A stretch of 60,971 nt of DNA, filler included. It is 7 parts of 7 records of this genome, joined end to end, with 100 filler letters (N's around TTAATTAATTAA, not from the genome) between each part and the next. Parts side by side here need not be neighbours in the genome. Positions count along the whole stretch, not along the records: positions 39,164 to 49,845 come from DRR723986_11769; 6 more parts are not named here. One strand, written 5' to 3'. Position 1 is the first letter of the stretch; every line of letters begins with the position of its first letter. The position numbers were made by a program, and so were the translations under genes. The notes under the pieces were generated by a model. The model made no database searches, was not told where the DNA came from, and worked only from the letters and a program-made list of their open reading frames with translations. Of this stretch, positions 39,839 to 48,361 are shown piece after piece.

Positions 39839-39877
39839 GTCCACTCTGCGGACGCGTTTCACTCTTTTGCTGCGGAC
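39839..39877. promoter_or_regulatory. Candidate IclR/MhpR-type operator
   Basis: Imperfect palindrome GTCCAC-TCT-GCGGAC plus a repeated CTGCGGAC half-site at 39870-39877. Confidence 0.45.
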
Positions 39878-39996
39878 CCTCTGTTTTGAAATGTATCTGA
39901 CGCCCAAGAATGTCATCCACGCCATTCGAGGGGAGGTCAAATGAACGTGCCTTTGTGCGTCGCACACGCGGAAATCCCGATCGCCGGATCACCGAC

Positions 39997-40473
39997 ATGA
40001 AGCGTGGTATCCTATCGCATGTGACCCTGCTGCTGGCCGGGTCTTGCTTTCTGCTGGGGGCCGGAGCAACCGTGTGGGACGTGATCCTGCGCAGTTTTGC
40101 CGGACGCAACCTGCCTGGTGTGATCGAATTCACTACCCTTTCCATAGGTTTCGGGGCTCTGTTGTCGATACCGGTCTGCTATGCCCGCGACCAGAAGGTG
40201 ACAGCACGCCTATTAAGCGAGCTGAGCCCCCGTCTTTTCAAGCATGCGCTTGGCATCCTTGGCGCGGTGTTCTCGACCGTCTTCGCAGCGATGATGCTAT
40301 GGATTACCGCGCAATTCGCGCACAGCAAATGGGGTGGGCCGGAAACGACCCAGGACCTCATGCTGCCGATGGGCATTCTGCTGACCGTGGTCGCCCTGAC
40401 CTTTGCGGCAAGCCTTGCCGGCGCGCTGTACAACCTTGTCATCAAGCTGCGTGGAGCCTTGCGCAATGCTTAG
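39997..40473 (+). CDS. TRAP transporter small permease (DctQ)
   Basis: Four hydrophobic segments, DVILR...G..EF pattern; precedes DctM. Confidence 0.82.
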   Translation: MKRGILSHVTLLLAGSCFLLGAGATVWDVILRSFAGRNLPGVIEFTTLSIGFGALLSIPVCYARDQKVTARLLSELSPRLFKHALGILGAVFSTVFAAMMLWITAQFAHSKWGGPETTQDLMLPMGILLTVVALTFAASLAGALYNLVIKLRGALRNA

Positions 40474-41770
40474 CGGCCTGACCCTCGGCGGTATCGGCTT
40501 TGCCGTCGCGATCGCTCTGATCCTGCTGGAAGTGCCGGTCGGCGTGGCCATGGGGCTGGTCGCCTTGGTCGGCTGCGCCATGATCCTCGGGGTCGAGGGA
40601 ACCCTGGCTATAGGTGCGACCACCACTTGGGAAAGCGTCACTAACTACACGCTGACCATGCTGCCGCTTTTTGTACTGATGGGCAATCTCGCGGCGAATT
40701 CGGGCCTATCTAGCCGGCTCTACATGGCGATGCGGACGCTGATCGGCCATCGCCGGGGTGGCCTGGCCCTGGCCACGATCGGCGCCTCTGCAGGGTTCGG
40801 GATGATTTCGGGGTCATCCCTCGCGACCACCGCGACCATGGGCCGGATCGCCCTGCCGGAAATGCGGGCGGCGGGCTATTCCAACAGCCTTTCGGCGGGC
40901 ACCGTCGCCGCTGGCGGCACTTTGGGCATCCTGATCCCGCCCTCGACGGTGCTGGTGATCTACGCCTTCTTGGCTGAGCAATCGATCCGCAAGCTACTTT
41001 TGGCCACGGCCGGGCCGATCTTGCTGGCGGTACTGCTCTATTGCTTGGCGATCTGGCTGCCGATCATGGCCGGCCGCTCTGGCGCGCCACTCCATGCCAG
41101 GGCCGGGCAGGCCGCCCGAACAGCAGCGCTGGTTGAGCTTCTGCCCCCGGTCGGGGTCTTCGCGATCATCATGGGCGGCCTCTGGACCGGCTTTTTCACC
41201 GCCAATGAAACCGCCGCGGTCGGGGTTGCCGTAGTCCTGCTTTACGGGGTGCTGTCGCGGCGCCTGTCCTTCGACGGTATCGTCAAGGCCGTAACGGATA
41301 CGGCTGTCACCTGCGGCGGGCTCTATCTGGTGCTCATCGCCGCTAACCTGTTCAACTTTTTCCTGACACTCAGCGGGCTGCCATTTTCACTGACCTCGAT
41401 GTTCGGCGGGCTGCTGGACCAGCCGCTGATGGTGCTCCTGCTGATGAGCGCGATCTATCTGGTCATGGGCACGCTGATGGACAGCCTCGCGATGCTGCTT
41501 TTGACCGTCCCACTGTTCGTGCCGATCGCCGAGGCGGCCCATATCGACCTGATCTGGTTCGGCATATACGCCGTGATGGTAGTTGAAATGGGACTGATTA
41601 CGCCACCGGTGGGCATGAACCTTTTCGTTCTCAAGGCGACCAGCCCGGACATCAAGATGACAGAGCTGTGGCGCGGAGTTCTGCCCTTCGTTCTGGCCGA
41701 TGTGGTGCGGGTCCTGCTGATCGTAGCCTTTCCAATCATCGTCCTGTGGTTGCCGCAGGTCGCACTTTGA
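40466..41770 (+). CDS. TRAP transporter large permease (DctM)
   Basis: LPLFVLMG, GGTLGILIPPS, EMGLITPPVGMNLFV. Confidence 0.93.
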   Translation: MLSGLTLGGIGFAVAIALILLEVPVGVAMGLVALVGCAMILGVEGTLAIGATTTWESVTNYTLTMLPLFVLMGNLAANSGLSSRLYMAMRTLIGHRRGGLALATIGASAGFGMISGSSLATTATMGRIALPEMRAAGYSNSLSAGTVAAGGTLGILIPPSTVLVIYAFLAEQSIRKLLLATAGPILLAVLLYCLAIWLPIMAGRSGAPLHARAGQAARTAALVELLPPVGVFAIIMGGLWTGFFTANETAAVGVAVVLLYGVLSRRLSFDGIVKAVTDTAVTCGGLYLVLIAANLFNFFLTLSGLPFSLTSMFGGLLDQPLMVLLLMSAIYLVMGTLMDSLAMLLLTVPLFVPIAEAAHIDLIWFGIYAVMVVEMGLITPPVGMNLFVLKATSPDIKMTELWRGVLPFVLADVVRVLLIVAFPIIVLWLPQVAL

Positions 41771-41794
41771 ACATGTCATAAAGGGAGGAACCAG

Positions 41795-42805
41795 ATGACA
41801 TTCATAAGCAAAAGCGCCGGTGCGGCGCTGGCCGCCATTGCCCTTTTCGCGATCCCGACCCTGCCTGCCATAGCGCAGGAGCTGCGGGTATCGAGCTTCG
41901 AGCCTGCGCCGGGCTTTTTCTCGGAGACTCTTCAGGCCTGGATCGACGAGGTCAGCCCCGAGCTGACCGATGCCTCGATGCGACTCTATCCCGGCGGCAT
42001 CCTCGGCGCTCCGCCGGCACAGGCCGATCTAGTCGCTGCGGGCGTGGCAGATATCGCCTTTGTTGTGCCGACCTATACGGCGGGCCTGTTTCCCGCGACC
42101 TCGGTCATAGAAGTCCCCGGCCTGATCGACCACAGCGCCACCGGCACTGCGATTCTCAACACCCTTCTGGAGGAGGGCGTGCTCACCGGCGAATATGCAG
42201 ATTACCACATCATCGCACTGTTCACGACACCGGGCTACCGGGTGTTTTCGGCGGAGCCCGTTACCTTGCCCACTGACCTCGAGGGGATGCGGATGCGATC
42301 ACCCTCGGCCTTCGGGGCGCGTGTGCTGGAGATGATGGGCGCATCGGGTGTGCCGATCCCGGCACCACAAGTCTATGAGAACATCGAACGCGATGTTGTG
42401 TCTGGTGCCATCTGGGCCATGGATGCCTACCGGACTTTCCGCCTGAACGAGGTGGCACCGAACATCACCGAAACCCGGCTAATTGCCAGCCCGCTGGCGA
42501 TTCTGATGAACCGGGACAGCTATAATCGGCTGTCCGAGGCTGACCGCGCCGTGTTGGATGCCCATTCCGGCCGCGCTCTGGCCGAATGGATCGCTGCCCG
42601 GATCGATACCGGCGAGGCCGAGATCGATGCGGCGCTGAAAGAGGCGGGCGATGTCACCTTCATCAGCATGGATGCTCAGACCCAGGCTGCTTGGGACGAG
42701 GCCGTGGCCGCCGCCGGCGACGCCTGGGTCGCGGGTCAGGCCGATGCCGGGATCGACGCCGATGCGATCCTTGCCCGCGCGCGCGAAATCTCCACCGCCC
42801 GATAA
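41795..42805 (+). CDS. TRAP transporter substrate-binding protein (DctP)
   Basis: Signal peptide, YPGG.LG, G.ADIA, DLEGMRMR with the carboxylate-binding Arg; GGGAGG RBS. Confidence 0.88.
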   Translation: MTFISKSAGAALAAIALFAIPTLPAIAQELRVSSFEPAPGFFSETLQAWIDEVSPELTDASMRLYPGGILGAPPAQADLVAAGVADIAFVVPTYTAGLFPATSVIEVPGLIDHSATGTAILNTLLEEGVLTGEYADYHIIALFTTPGYRVFSAEPVTLPTDLEGMRMRSPSAFGARVLEMMGASGVPIPAPQVYENIERDVVSGAIWAMDAYRTFRLNEVAPNITETRLIASPLAILMNRDSYNRLSEADRAVLDAHSGRALAEWIAARIDTGEAEIDAALKEAGDVTFISMDAQTQAAWDEAVAAAGDAWVAGQADAGIDADAILARAREISTAR

Positions 42806-42883
42806 GTCAACTCAGGCGGACCGCCCGGCCGATGCCATGCGCGGCCCGCCTTCCAAACTGCCCGCCTTCACAGGAGACTTCAC

Positions 42884-43870
42884 ATGGCCGTTTGCGCGCT
42901 CGGATACCTCGGGATCCGCTCCGACAAGCTGGACGATTGGTCCGATTTCGCCGGCAAGCTGCTGGGAATGATGCAGATCGACCGGGGCGGCAAGTCGAGG
43001 GCCTTTCGCATGGACGATCAGGCCCAGCGTCTGCTGGTCTCGGATGAAGAGGGTGACACGCTGGCCTTCATGGGCTGGGAGGTCGAATATGCCGAGGATC
43101 TGCAATCCTATGCTGCGCGGCTCGAGGCAGCGGGAGTGCCCGTGCATTCGGGCAAAGGTGACCTTGCCGACCGGCGGCTGGTCGGAGACCTGATCTGGTT
43201 CCTCGATCCCATGGGCAATCGGGTCGAGTTGTTCCACGCACCAATGATCGCCAGCGATCCCTTCGTGCCCGGCCGCCCGATCGACGGGTTCCAGACCGGC
43301 CCTTATGGCATGGGGCATGCAGTTCTGCATGTGAAGTACATCGACGTGATGCTGCCCTTCTACCGCGACCTGCTGGATTTCCATGTCTCCGATTATGGGC
43401 TGAAACCCTATGGGCTCTATTTTTTTCATGTGAATGGCCGCCATCACAGCTTTGCCATGGTCGGATCGGGCCAGGCGGGCTTCCATCATTTCATGGTCGA
43501 GTTCCGCAACCTCGACGATGTCGGACAGGGCTATGACCTCGCGCAGTTGGACGAGGGCCGTGTCGCCTACACGCTCGGCCGCCACTCCAACGATTATATG
43601 ACCTCCTATTACGCCCATTCGCCGTCGGGCTTTTTCGTCGAGAACGGCTGGGGGGGGCGCGTGATCGACCCGGCCACATGGGAACCGCATGAAACCACTC
43701 TGGGGCCCAGCTTTTGGGGCCACGAGCGGTTGTATCTGACCGAAGAGGCCGGCCGGAGCGCCCTGCGCGACATGCGCCTTCAGGCCGCCACCACGGGTCA
43801 TCGCGCGCCGGCCGTGGCGGAGTGCCCCTGGTTGTTCGGGGAACTTGCTAAACAAGGGGGACCGAGATGA
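42884..43870 (+). CDS. Type I (VOC) extradiol ring-cleavage dioxygenase, BphC/HsaC-like
   Basis: LGYLG, FRMD, DP.GNRVE, MGH.V, RHHS, HHFMVE, LGRH.ND..TSYY..SPSGF.VE. Confidence 0.9.
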   Translation: MAVCALGYLGIRSDKLDDWSDFAGKLLGMMQIDRGGKSRAFRMDDQAQRLLVSDEEGDTLAFMGWEVEYAEDLQSYAARLEAAGVPVHSGKGDLADRRLVGDLIWFLDPMGNRVELFHAPMIASDPFVPGRPIDGFQTGPYGMGHAVLHVKYIDVMLPFYRDLLDFHVSDYGLKPYGLYFFHVNGRHHSFAMVGSGQAGFHHFMVEFRNLDDVGQGYDLAQLDEGRVAYTLGRHSNDYMTSYYAHSPSGFFVENGWGGRVIDPATWEPHETTLGPSFWGHERLYLTEEAGRSALRDMRLQAATTGHRAPAVAECPWLFGELAKQGGPR

Positions 43871-45390
43871 CGAGGCAGGACATTACGCAGACCGAGGAAG
43901 AATTCGACGTTGCGATCGTTGGCTATGGCCCCGCAGGCGCCACGTTGGCGCATCTGCTGGGGGAATGTGGGCTGAAGGTGGCGGTGCTGGAACGTGAAAG
44001 CGCTGCCTATCACCTGCCACGCGCGGTGCATTTCGATGCCGAGGTGATGCGGGTTTTCCAATGGATCGGCGTGGCCGAAAAGATCGAGCCCCTGACCGCT
44101 CATCACCCCGGAATGCGCTTCATCGACCCAGATGGCAAGCTGCTTCTGGATTGGCCGCGCCCTCAGGGCACCGGCCCGCAAGGTTGGCGGGCGAATTACC
44201 GGTTCCACCAGCCGGATCTGGAAAAGATCCTGCGCGAGGATCTGACCCAGCGACCAGGCGTCAGCATCCGTACCCGCTGCGATGTGTTCCTGGTTGAGGA
44301 CTGGGGGGATTACGTCCATCTGCGCTATGAAGACATGTCCTGCGGGCAGGTCCGGCACCTGCGGGCGAAATATGTGGTGGGCTGCGACGGCGCACGGTCG
44401 CTGATCCGACGTTTCATCGACACCGGGATGGAGGATTACGGCTTTCACGAACGCTGGTTGGTCGTCGATGTAATTCTGAACGAGGACAAGCCGGAACTTG
44501 GTGATCATTCGATCCAGTATTGCAACCCGGCGCGGCCTACGACCTATGTGCGTGGCCCCTTCCTTCGCCGGCGCTGGGAAATCACAGTCCTTGATGACGA
44601 AGACCCCAATGCCCTCACCCAGCCCGAGGCGGTGTGGAATCTGCTGTCGCCTTGGCTGCGCCCGGATGAGGCGCGCCTGGAACGCACGGCAGTCTATGTG
44701 TTCCATTCTCTGGTCGCCGATGATTGGCGGCGCGGGCGGCTGATCCTTGCGGGCGATGCCTGCCACCAGACCCCGCCCTTCATGGGGCAGGGCATGTGTG
44801 CGGGGGTGCGCGATGTGGCCAATCTGTATTGGAAGCTGGCGCTTCTGTGTCAGGGCAAGGTCACCGGCGACGGGGCGCAGGCGCTGCTGGATAGCTACGA
44901 ATCCGAACGCAAGCCCAATGCGCGCGAATATATCCAGACCGCGGTGCGGTTAGGCGGGCTGATCAATACCTGTGGCACCGAGGCGGCACTGCGCGCAGCC
45001 CTGCCAGTGGGCGATGGCACCGCACGGATGACCTCGATCGCGCCGCCGATCGGGCCGGGGCTGGGACATGGCCCTTTGGCCGGGCGACTGTTCGGCCAGC
45101 CGCGTCTGGCGGATGGTCGGCTGATGGACCGCGCCTTTGCGCATCGTTTCGTGGTGGTGGCCCATGCCGATCTGGCTCAGGGGCTGAACCTTCCCGAAGG
45201 CGTGGCGTTGGTCACGACCGACACCGCGCCTGACGCCGCGGCGCATCTTGAACGTCTGGGCGCGCGCGCGACCGTGCTGCGCCCCGATCGGCACACGCTG
45301 GGCGGCGCCGATACACGGGCCGAATTACAGGATCTGCTGGCCCGTGTCCTGCCCGCCCCAATCCCTCACCGAGAACCGGAGATGGTCTGA
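43867..45390 (+). CDS. FAD-dependent aromatic hydroxylase, MhpA-like
   Basis: IVGYGPAG, PRAVHFD.E.MR, FHQP.LE, VGCDGARS, GDACHQTPPFMGQG...G.RD..NL.WKL. Confidence 0.9.
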   Translation: MTRQDITQTEEEFDVAIVGYGPAGATLAHLLGECGLKVAVLERESAAYHLPRAVHFDAEVMRVFQWIGVAEKIEPLTAHHPGMRFIDPDGKLLLDWPRPQGTGPQGWRANYRFHQPDLEKILREDLTQRPGVSIRTRCDVFLVEDWGDYVHLRYEDMSCGQVRHLRAKYVVGCDGARSLIRRFIDTGMEDYGFHERWLVVDVILNEDKPELGDHSIQYCNPARPTTYVRGPFLRRRWEITVLDDEDPNALTQPEAVWNLLSPWLRPDEARLERTAVYVFHSLVADDWRRGRLILAGDACHQTPPFMGQGMCAGVRDVANLYWKLALLCQGKVTGDGAQALLDSYESERKPNAREYIQTAVRLGGLINTCGTEAALRAALPVGDGTARMTSIAPPIGPGLGHGPLAGRLFGQPRLADGRLMDRAFAHRFVVVAHADLAQGLNLPEGVALVTTDTAPDAAAHLERLGARATVLRPDRHTLGGADTRAELQDLLARVLPAPIPHREPEMV

Positions 45391-45393
45391 AAC

Positions 45394-46236
45394 ATGAAAC
45401 TTTGTTCCTTTTCCAAAGACGGCCGCGCCAGCTATGGCCTTGTGACCGAGGCCGGCATTGTCGATCTTGGCAAGCGCCTGCCCGAGTCCACCTTGCGCGA
45501 TTTTCTGGCCGCAGGCGATATGGGCCGCGCCGCCGCACTGGCCAGTGAACCGGTCGATTACGTCCTTGACGAAGTAGATCATGCACCGGTGATCCCAAAC
45601 CCCGACAAGATTATCTGCGTGGGGCTGAACTATCACTCCCATGTGCAGGAAACTGGCCGGACCGAGACCAAAAATCCGGTACTGTTCGCGCGCTATGCAG
45701 GCAGCCAGATCGGCCATGACGCGGCACTGATCAAGCCACTGGAATCGGATGAATTCGATTATGAAGGCGAGCTGGCCGTGATCATTGGCAAGGAAGGCCG
45801 CCGCATTTCCGAGGCTGATGCGCTAGATTATGTCGCGGGTTATGCCTGCTATAACGACGCATCCGTACGCGACTGGCAAAAGCACACGCATCAGTTCATG
45901 CCTGGCAAGACCTTTGCCAATACCGGCCCGTTCGGCCCGTGGATGGTCACCGCCGATGAAATTCCCGACCCATCGAAACTGCACCTGCAGACCCGCCTTA
46001 ACGGCGAGGTCATGCAGGACACCACCACCAATCTGTTAATCACCTCGATCCCGCAGCTGATTTCCTATTGTTCAACCATCCTTCCACTGCTGCCCGGCGA
46101 TGTGATCGTCTCGGGCACTCCCGGCGGGGTCGGCGCGCGACGGAACCCGCCGGTCTTCATGAAGGATGGGGATGTCTGCGAGATCGAAATCTCCGGCATC
46201 GGCATCCTGCGCAATCCCGTTCGAGCCGAGGGATGA
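45394..46236 (+). CDS. Fumarylacetoacetate hydrolase family protein
   Basis: KIICVGLNY..H, DYEGELAV.IG, YND.SVRDWQ, GK.F, GD.I..GTP.GVG. Confidence 0.92.
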   Translation: MKLCSFSKDGRASYGLVTEAGIVDLGKRLPESTLRDFLAAGDMGRAAALASEPVDYVLDEVDHAPVIPNPDKIICVGLNYHSHVQETGRTETKNPVLFARYAGSQIGHDAALIKPLESDEFDYEGELAVIIGKEGRRISEADALDYVAGYACYNDASVRDWQKHTHQFMPGKTFANTGPFGPWMVTADEIPDPSKLHLQTRLNGEVMQDTTTNLLITSIPQLISYCSTILPLLPGDVIVSGTPGGVGARRNPPVFMKDGDVCEIEISGIGILRNPVRAEG

Positions 46237-46277
46237 ACAGGGTTTCACAAGCCGGGCCTGCGCCCTAGACTTGCCTT

Positions 46278-47057
46278 ATGGACAGCGCAAAAAGCACCCG
46301 GGGCACCGTCCGGGCTTTGGTTCGGGGCCTCGACATTTTACGGCATGTGAATCGGGTCGGCGTCTGCACCCCGGCTGAGATCGCGAGGGACGTGGGTATC
46401 CCCCGGCCCACGGTCTATCGCCTGCTCGAAACCCTCGAGGAACAGGGTTATGTCGCGCTCTCGCCCACCTCGAACCGGGTCCGGGTGACTCGACTGGCCG
46501 CAGCTTTGGGCGACGGTTTCGCGGTGAATTCCAAGATCTGTCAGGTGGCAGGACCTGTTCTGACCGCAGCAGCAGGACAAGTGGTTTGGCCGGTCGACCT
46601 GACCGTGCTGGAAAACGCAGCCATGGTGGTACAGGAAACCACCCATGCGCGCAGCCCGCTTTCGATCGACCGGGGCATGACCGGCTACCGGCTGCCGATG
46701 CTGCGATCCTCGGCCGGGCGCTGCTATCTGGGCCTGTGCCCCGAGGCCGAACGCGAGGCGATCCTCGACCAGATCCGTCGCCTGGACGATCCCGATGACG
46801 CCCCGTTTCTGGTCGAACCGATCCTGCGGCGGATGCTGGACGAAACCCTCAAACGACAATTAGGCACCCGTCTGGGGACCGAGTTTCAGCCCAAGACATC
46901 CTCTTTCGCGGTGCCGATCTGGTCGGACAACCGGATCGTCGCCTGCTTGTCGGTGATCTGGACGCGCGGCGCCCTGACCCTGTCCAGCGCGTTGCAAAGC
47001 CTCGAAGCACCGATGCGGGCAATGTCGGCGGATATCTCGGCGGCACTGGAACTTTAG
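46278..47057 (+). CDS. IclR-family transcriptional regulator (MhpR-like)
   Basis: VRAL.RGL.IL, IPRPTVYRLLETL...GYV, ETTH..SPLS..R.M.G.RLP.L.S..GR.YL. Confidence 0.9.
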   Translation: MDSAKSTRGTVRALVRGLDILRHVNRVGVCTPAEIARDVGIPRPTVYRLLETLEEQGYVALSPTSNRVRVTRLAAALGDGFAVNSKICQVAGPVLTAAAGQVVWPVDLTVLENAAMVVQETTHARSPLSIDRGMTGYRLPMLRSSAGRCYLGLCPEAEREAILDQIRRLDDPDDAPFLVEPILRRMLDETLKRQLGTRLGTEFQPKTSSFAVPIWSDNRIVACLSVIWTRGALTLSSALQSLEAPMRAMSADISAALEL

Positions 47058-47611
47058 CGCTCAAAAAGAGGCGCCTTGGCCAAGGCCTGGGCAACCGCCT
47101 CGTCCAAAGGCGGGTCGAACGAGTTCAGCATGTAAGCCAAGGTCGAATAGAATCCGACCGTCGCGATCAGGTCCAGCATCCCCGCATTGCCGACAAGGGC
47201 GGTCAGATCCTGCTGAACCCTGGGGTTAAGCGCCTTTTGCTCAAAGAGCTGGTCCACCGCCTGCGCAAGCAATGCATCCTCGGGCTGCATGTCTCCGACC
47301 GAGCCCGCCAGCTTGGCGATCCGCGCGTCCGAAAGCCCGGCCTTACGCCCGCGCACTACGTGATGGGCCCATTCATAGGTGCTGCCCAAGAGGTGCCCTG
47401 TACGTAGGATCACGATCTCGCTACGCTCTGCACCTAGGGCGGTTCCATTGACCACATGGTCGCGCAGATCGGCCCAAGCCTGCAACAGGCTAGGGTGATG
47501 CGCCATCAAACGATAGACGTTGAGTTGTCCGGCAAAGCCTTCCAGCATGTTGGCGATTTCGGTCGGCCAGTCGGTATCTGGAATCGGAGAAAGCGGTAGA
47601 GATGTCGTCAT
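47054..47611 (-). CDS. Carboxymuconolactone decarboxylase/AhpD family protein
   Basis: NVYR.MAHHP, EIVILR.G....STYEWAHH, DLI.TVGFY; AGGT RBS before ATG 47611. Confidence 0.82.
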   Translation of the reverse strand: MTTSLPLSPIPDTDWPTEIANMLEGFAGQLNVYRLMAHHPSLLQAWADLRDHVVNGTALGAERSEIVILRTGHLLGSTYEWAHHVVRGRKAGLSDARIAKLAGSVGDMQPEDALLAQAVDQLFEQKALNPRVQQDLTALVGNAGMLDLIATVGFYSTLAYMLNSFDPPLDEAVAQALAKAPLFER

Positions 47612-48136
47612 GTCATACCTGCCACTTCTGAATTCAGAACAATGAACATGAGCCGTCATTCTGTGCAACAGCCCTGGCGCGCATGTCTGCCTGGCGGACA
47701 GTGGATCCTTGCGCAAGTCGGCTAAAGCGCAGTCTTCCAACGATCGAATGAAGGCGTTCAGTTGGGCGCTTTGTCGATTGCTCAGCGGTACATAGATCCC
47801 CGCCTATCGTATCCTGTTGGTCGTCCGCCGCACGCGGCGCAAGCGCTGGGAAAGGCAACGTGCCAACCGCGATGTTTCGATGTCCGTTCCTTCTCGTTTA
47901 ACGCGCCTCCCATCGAAGTGTACAGATAGACCAACAAAAAATTCAAAAACATGAGCATATTAGGGGCTGAACACCAAATCCACGCGGTCATGAGGTCCAG
48001 AGAATATCGGCCCGGAGAGACCACTTCCGGACCCATGGGCACCTAGGCCGGTGCTCAGCCCATCCCGCATAACCCTCGAATACAACGTAAAAATCTGGCC
48101 GCAGCCGGATGGGGAGAACGCTTTCGAGGGGGCAAG

Positions 48137-48170
48137 TGGCGGAGGGGATGGGTCTGATATCGAACCCTCT
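48137..48170 (-). other. Degenerate tRNA 3'-end fragment (possible att remnant)
   Basis: Minus strand AGAGGGTTCGATATCAGACCCATCCCCTCCGCCA resembles a tRNA-Ser-type T-arm/acceptor end (GGGTTCGAATCCC..CCCTCCGCCA) with an insertion; no 5' half is visible. Confidence 0.5.
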
Positions 48171-48361
48171 CTGCCGACTAAGACATTGTTTTCATTGATA
48201 TCGCTGATGGTTTAGGTGGTCATTTGGTTCAAACGCGACCGGCAGCGAAATGCGCCGGCACGTTGCGTTTGATTGCATCCGCGGGATAGCGAAGGCCTGA
48301 CCACAGCTCCGGCCGGGACTTTATGACGGCCATCCGCCGGCTTCGGCGCTTTTTGCCTTCC

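Noticed and set aside
42815-42850. GC hairpin between dctP and the dioxygenase
   Set aside because: Imperfect and lacks a U-tract; such stems commonly follow binding-protein genes as stabilisers.
37475-47611. pcaHG plus the TRAP/extradiol cluster as one aromatic super-cluster
   Set aside because: They are on different contigs separated by the 39064-39163 spacer.
48137-48170. Functional tRNA gene
   Set aside because: Only a disrupted 3' portion is present, with no D-arm or anticodon arm; kept as a remnant only.
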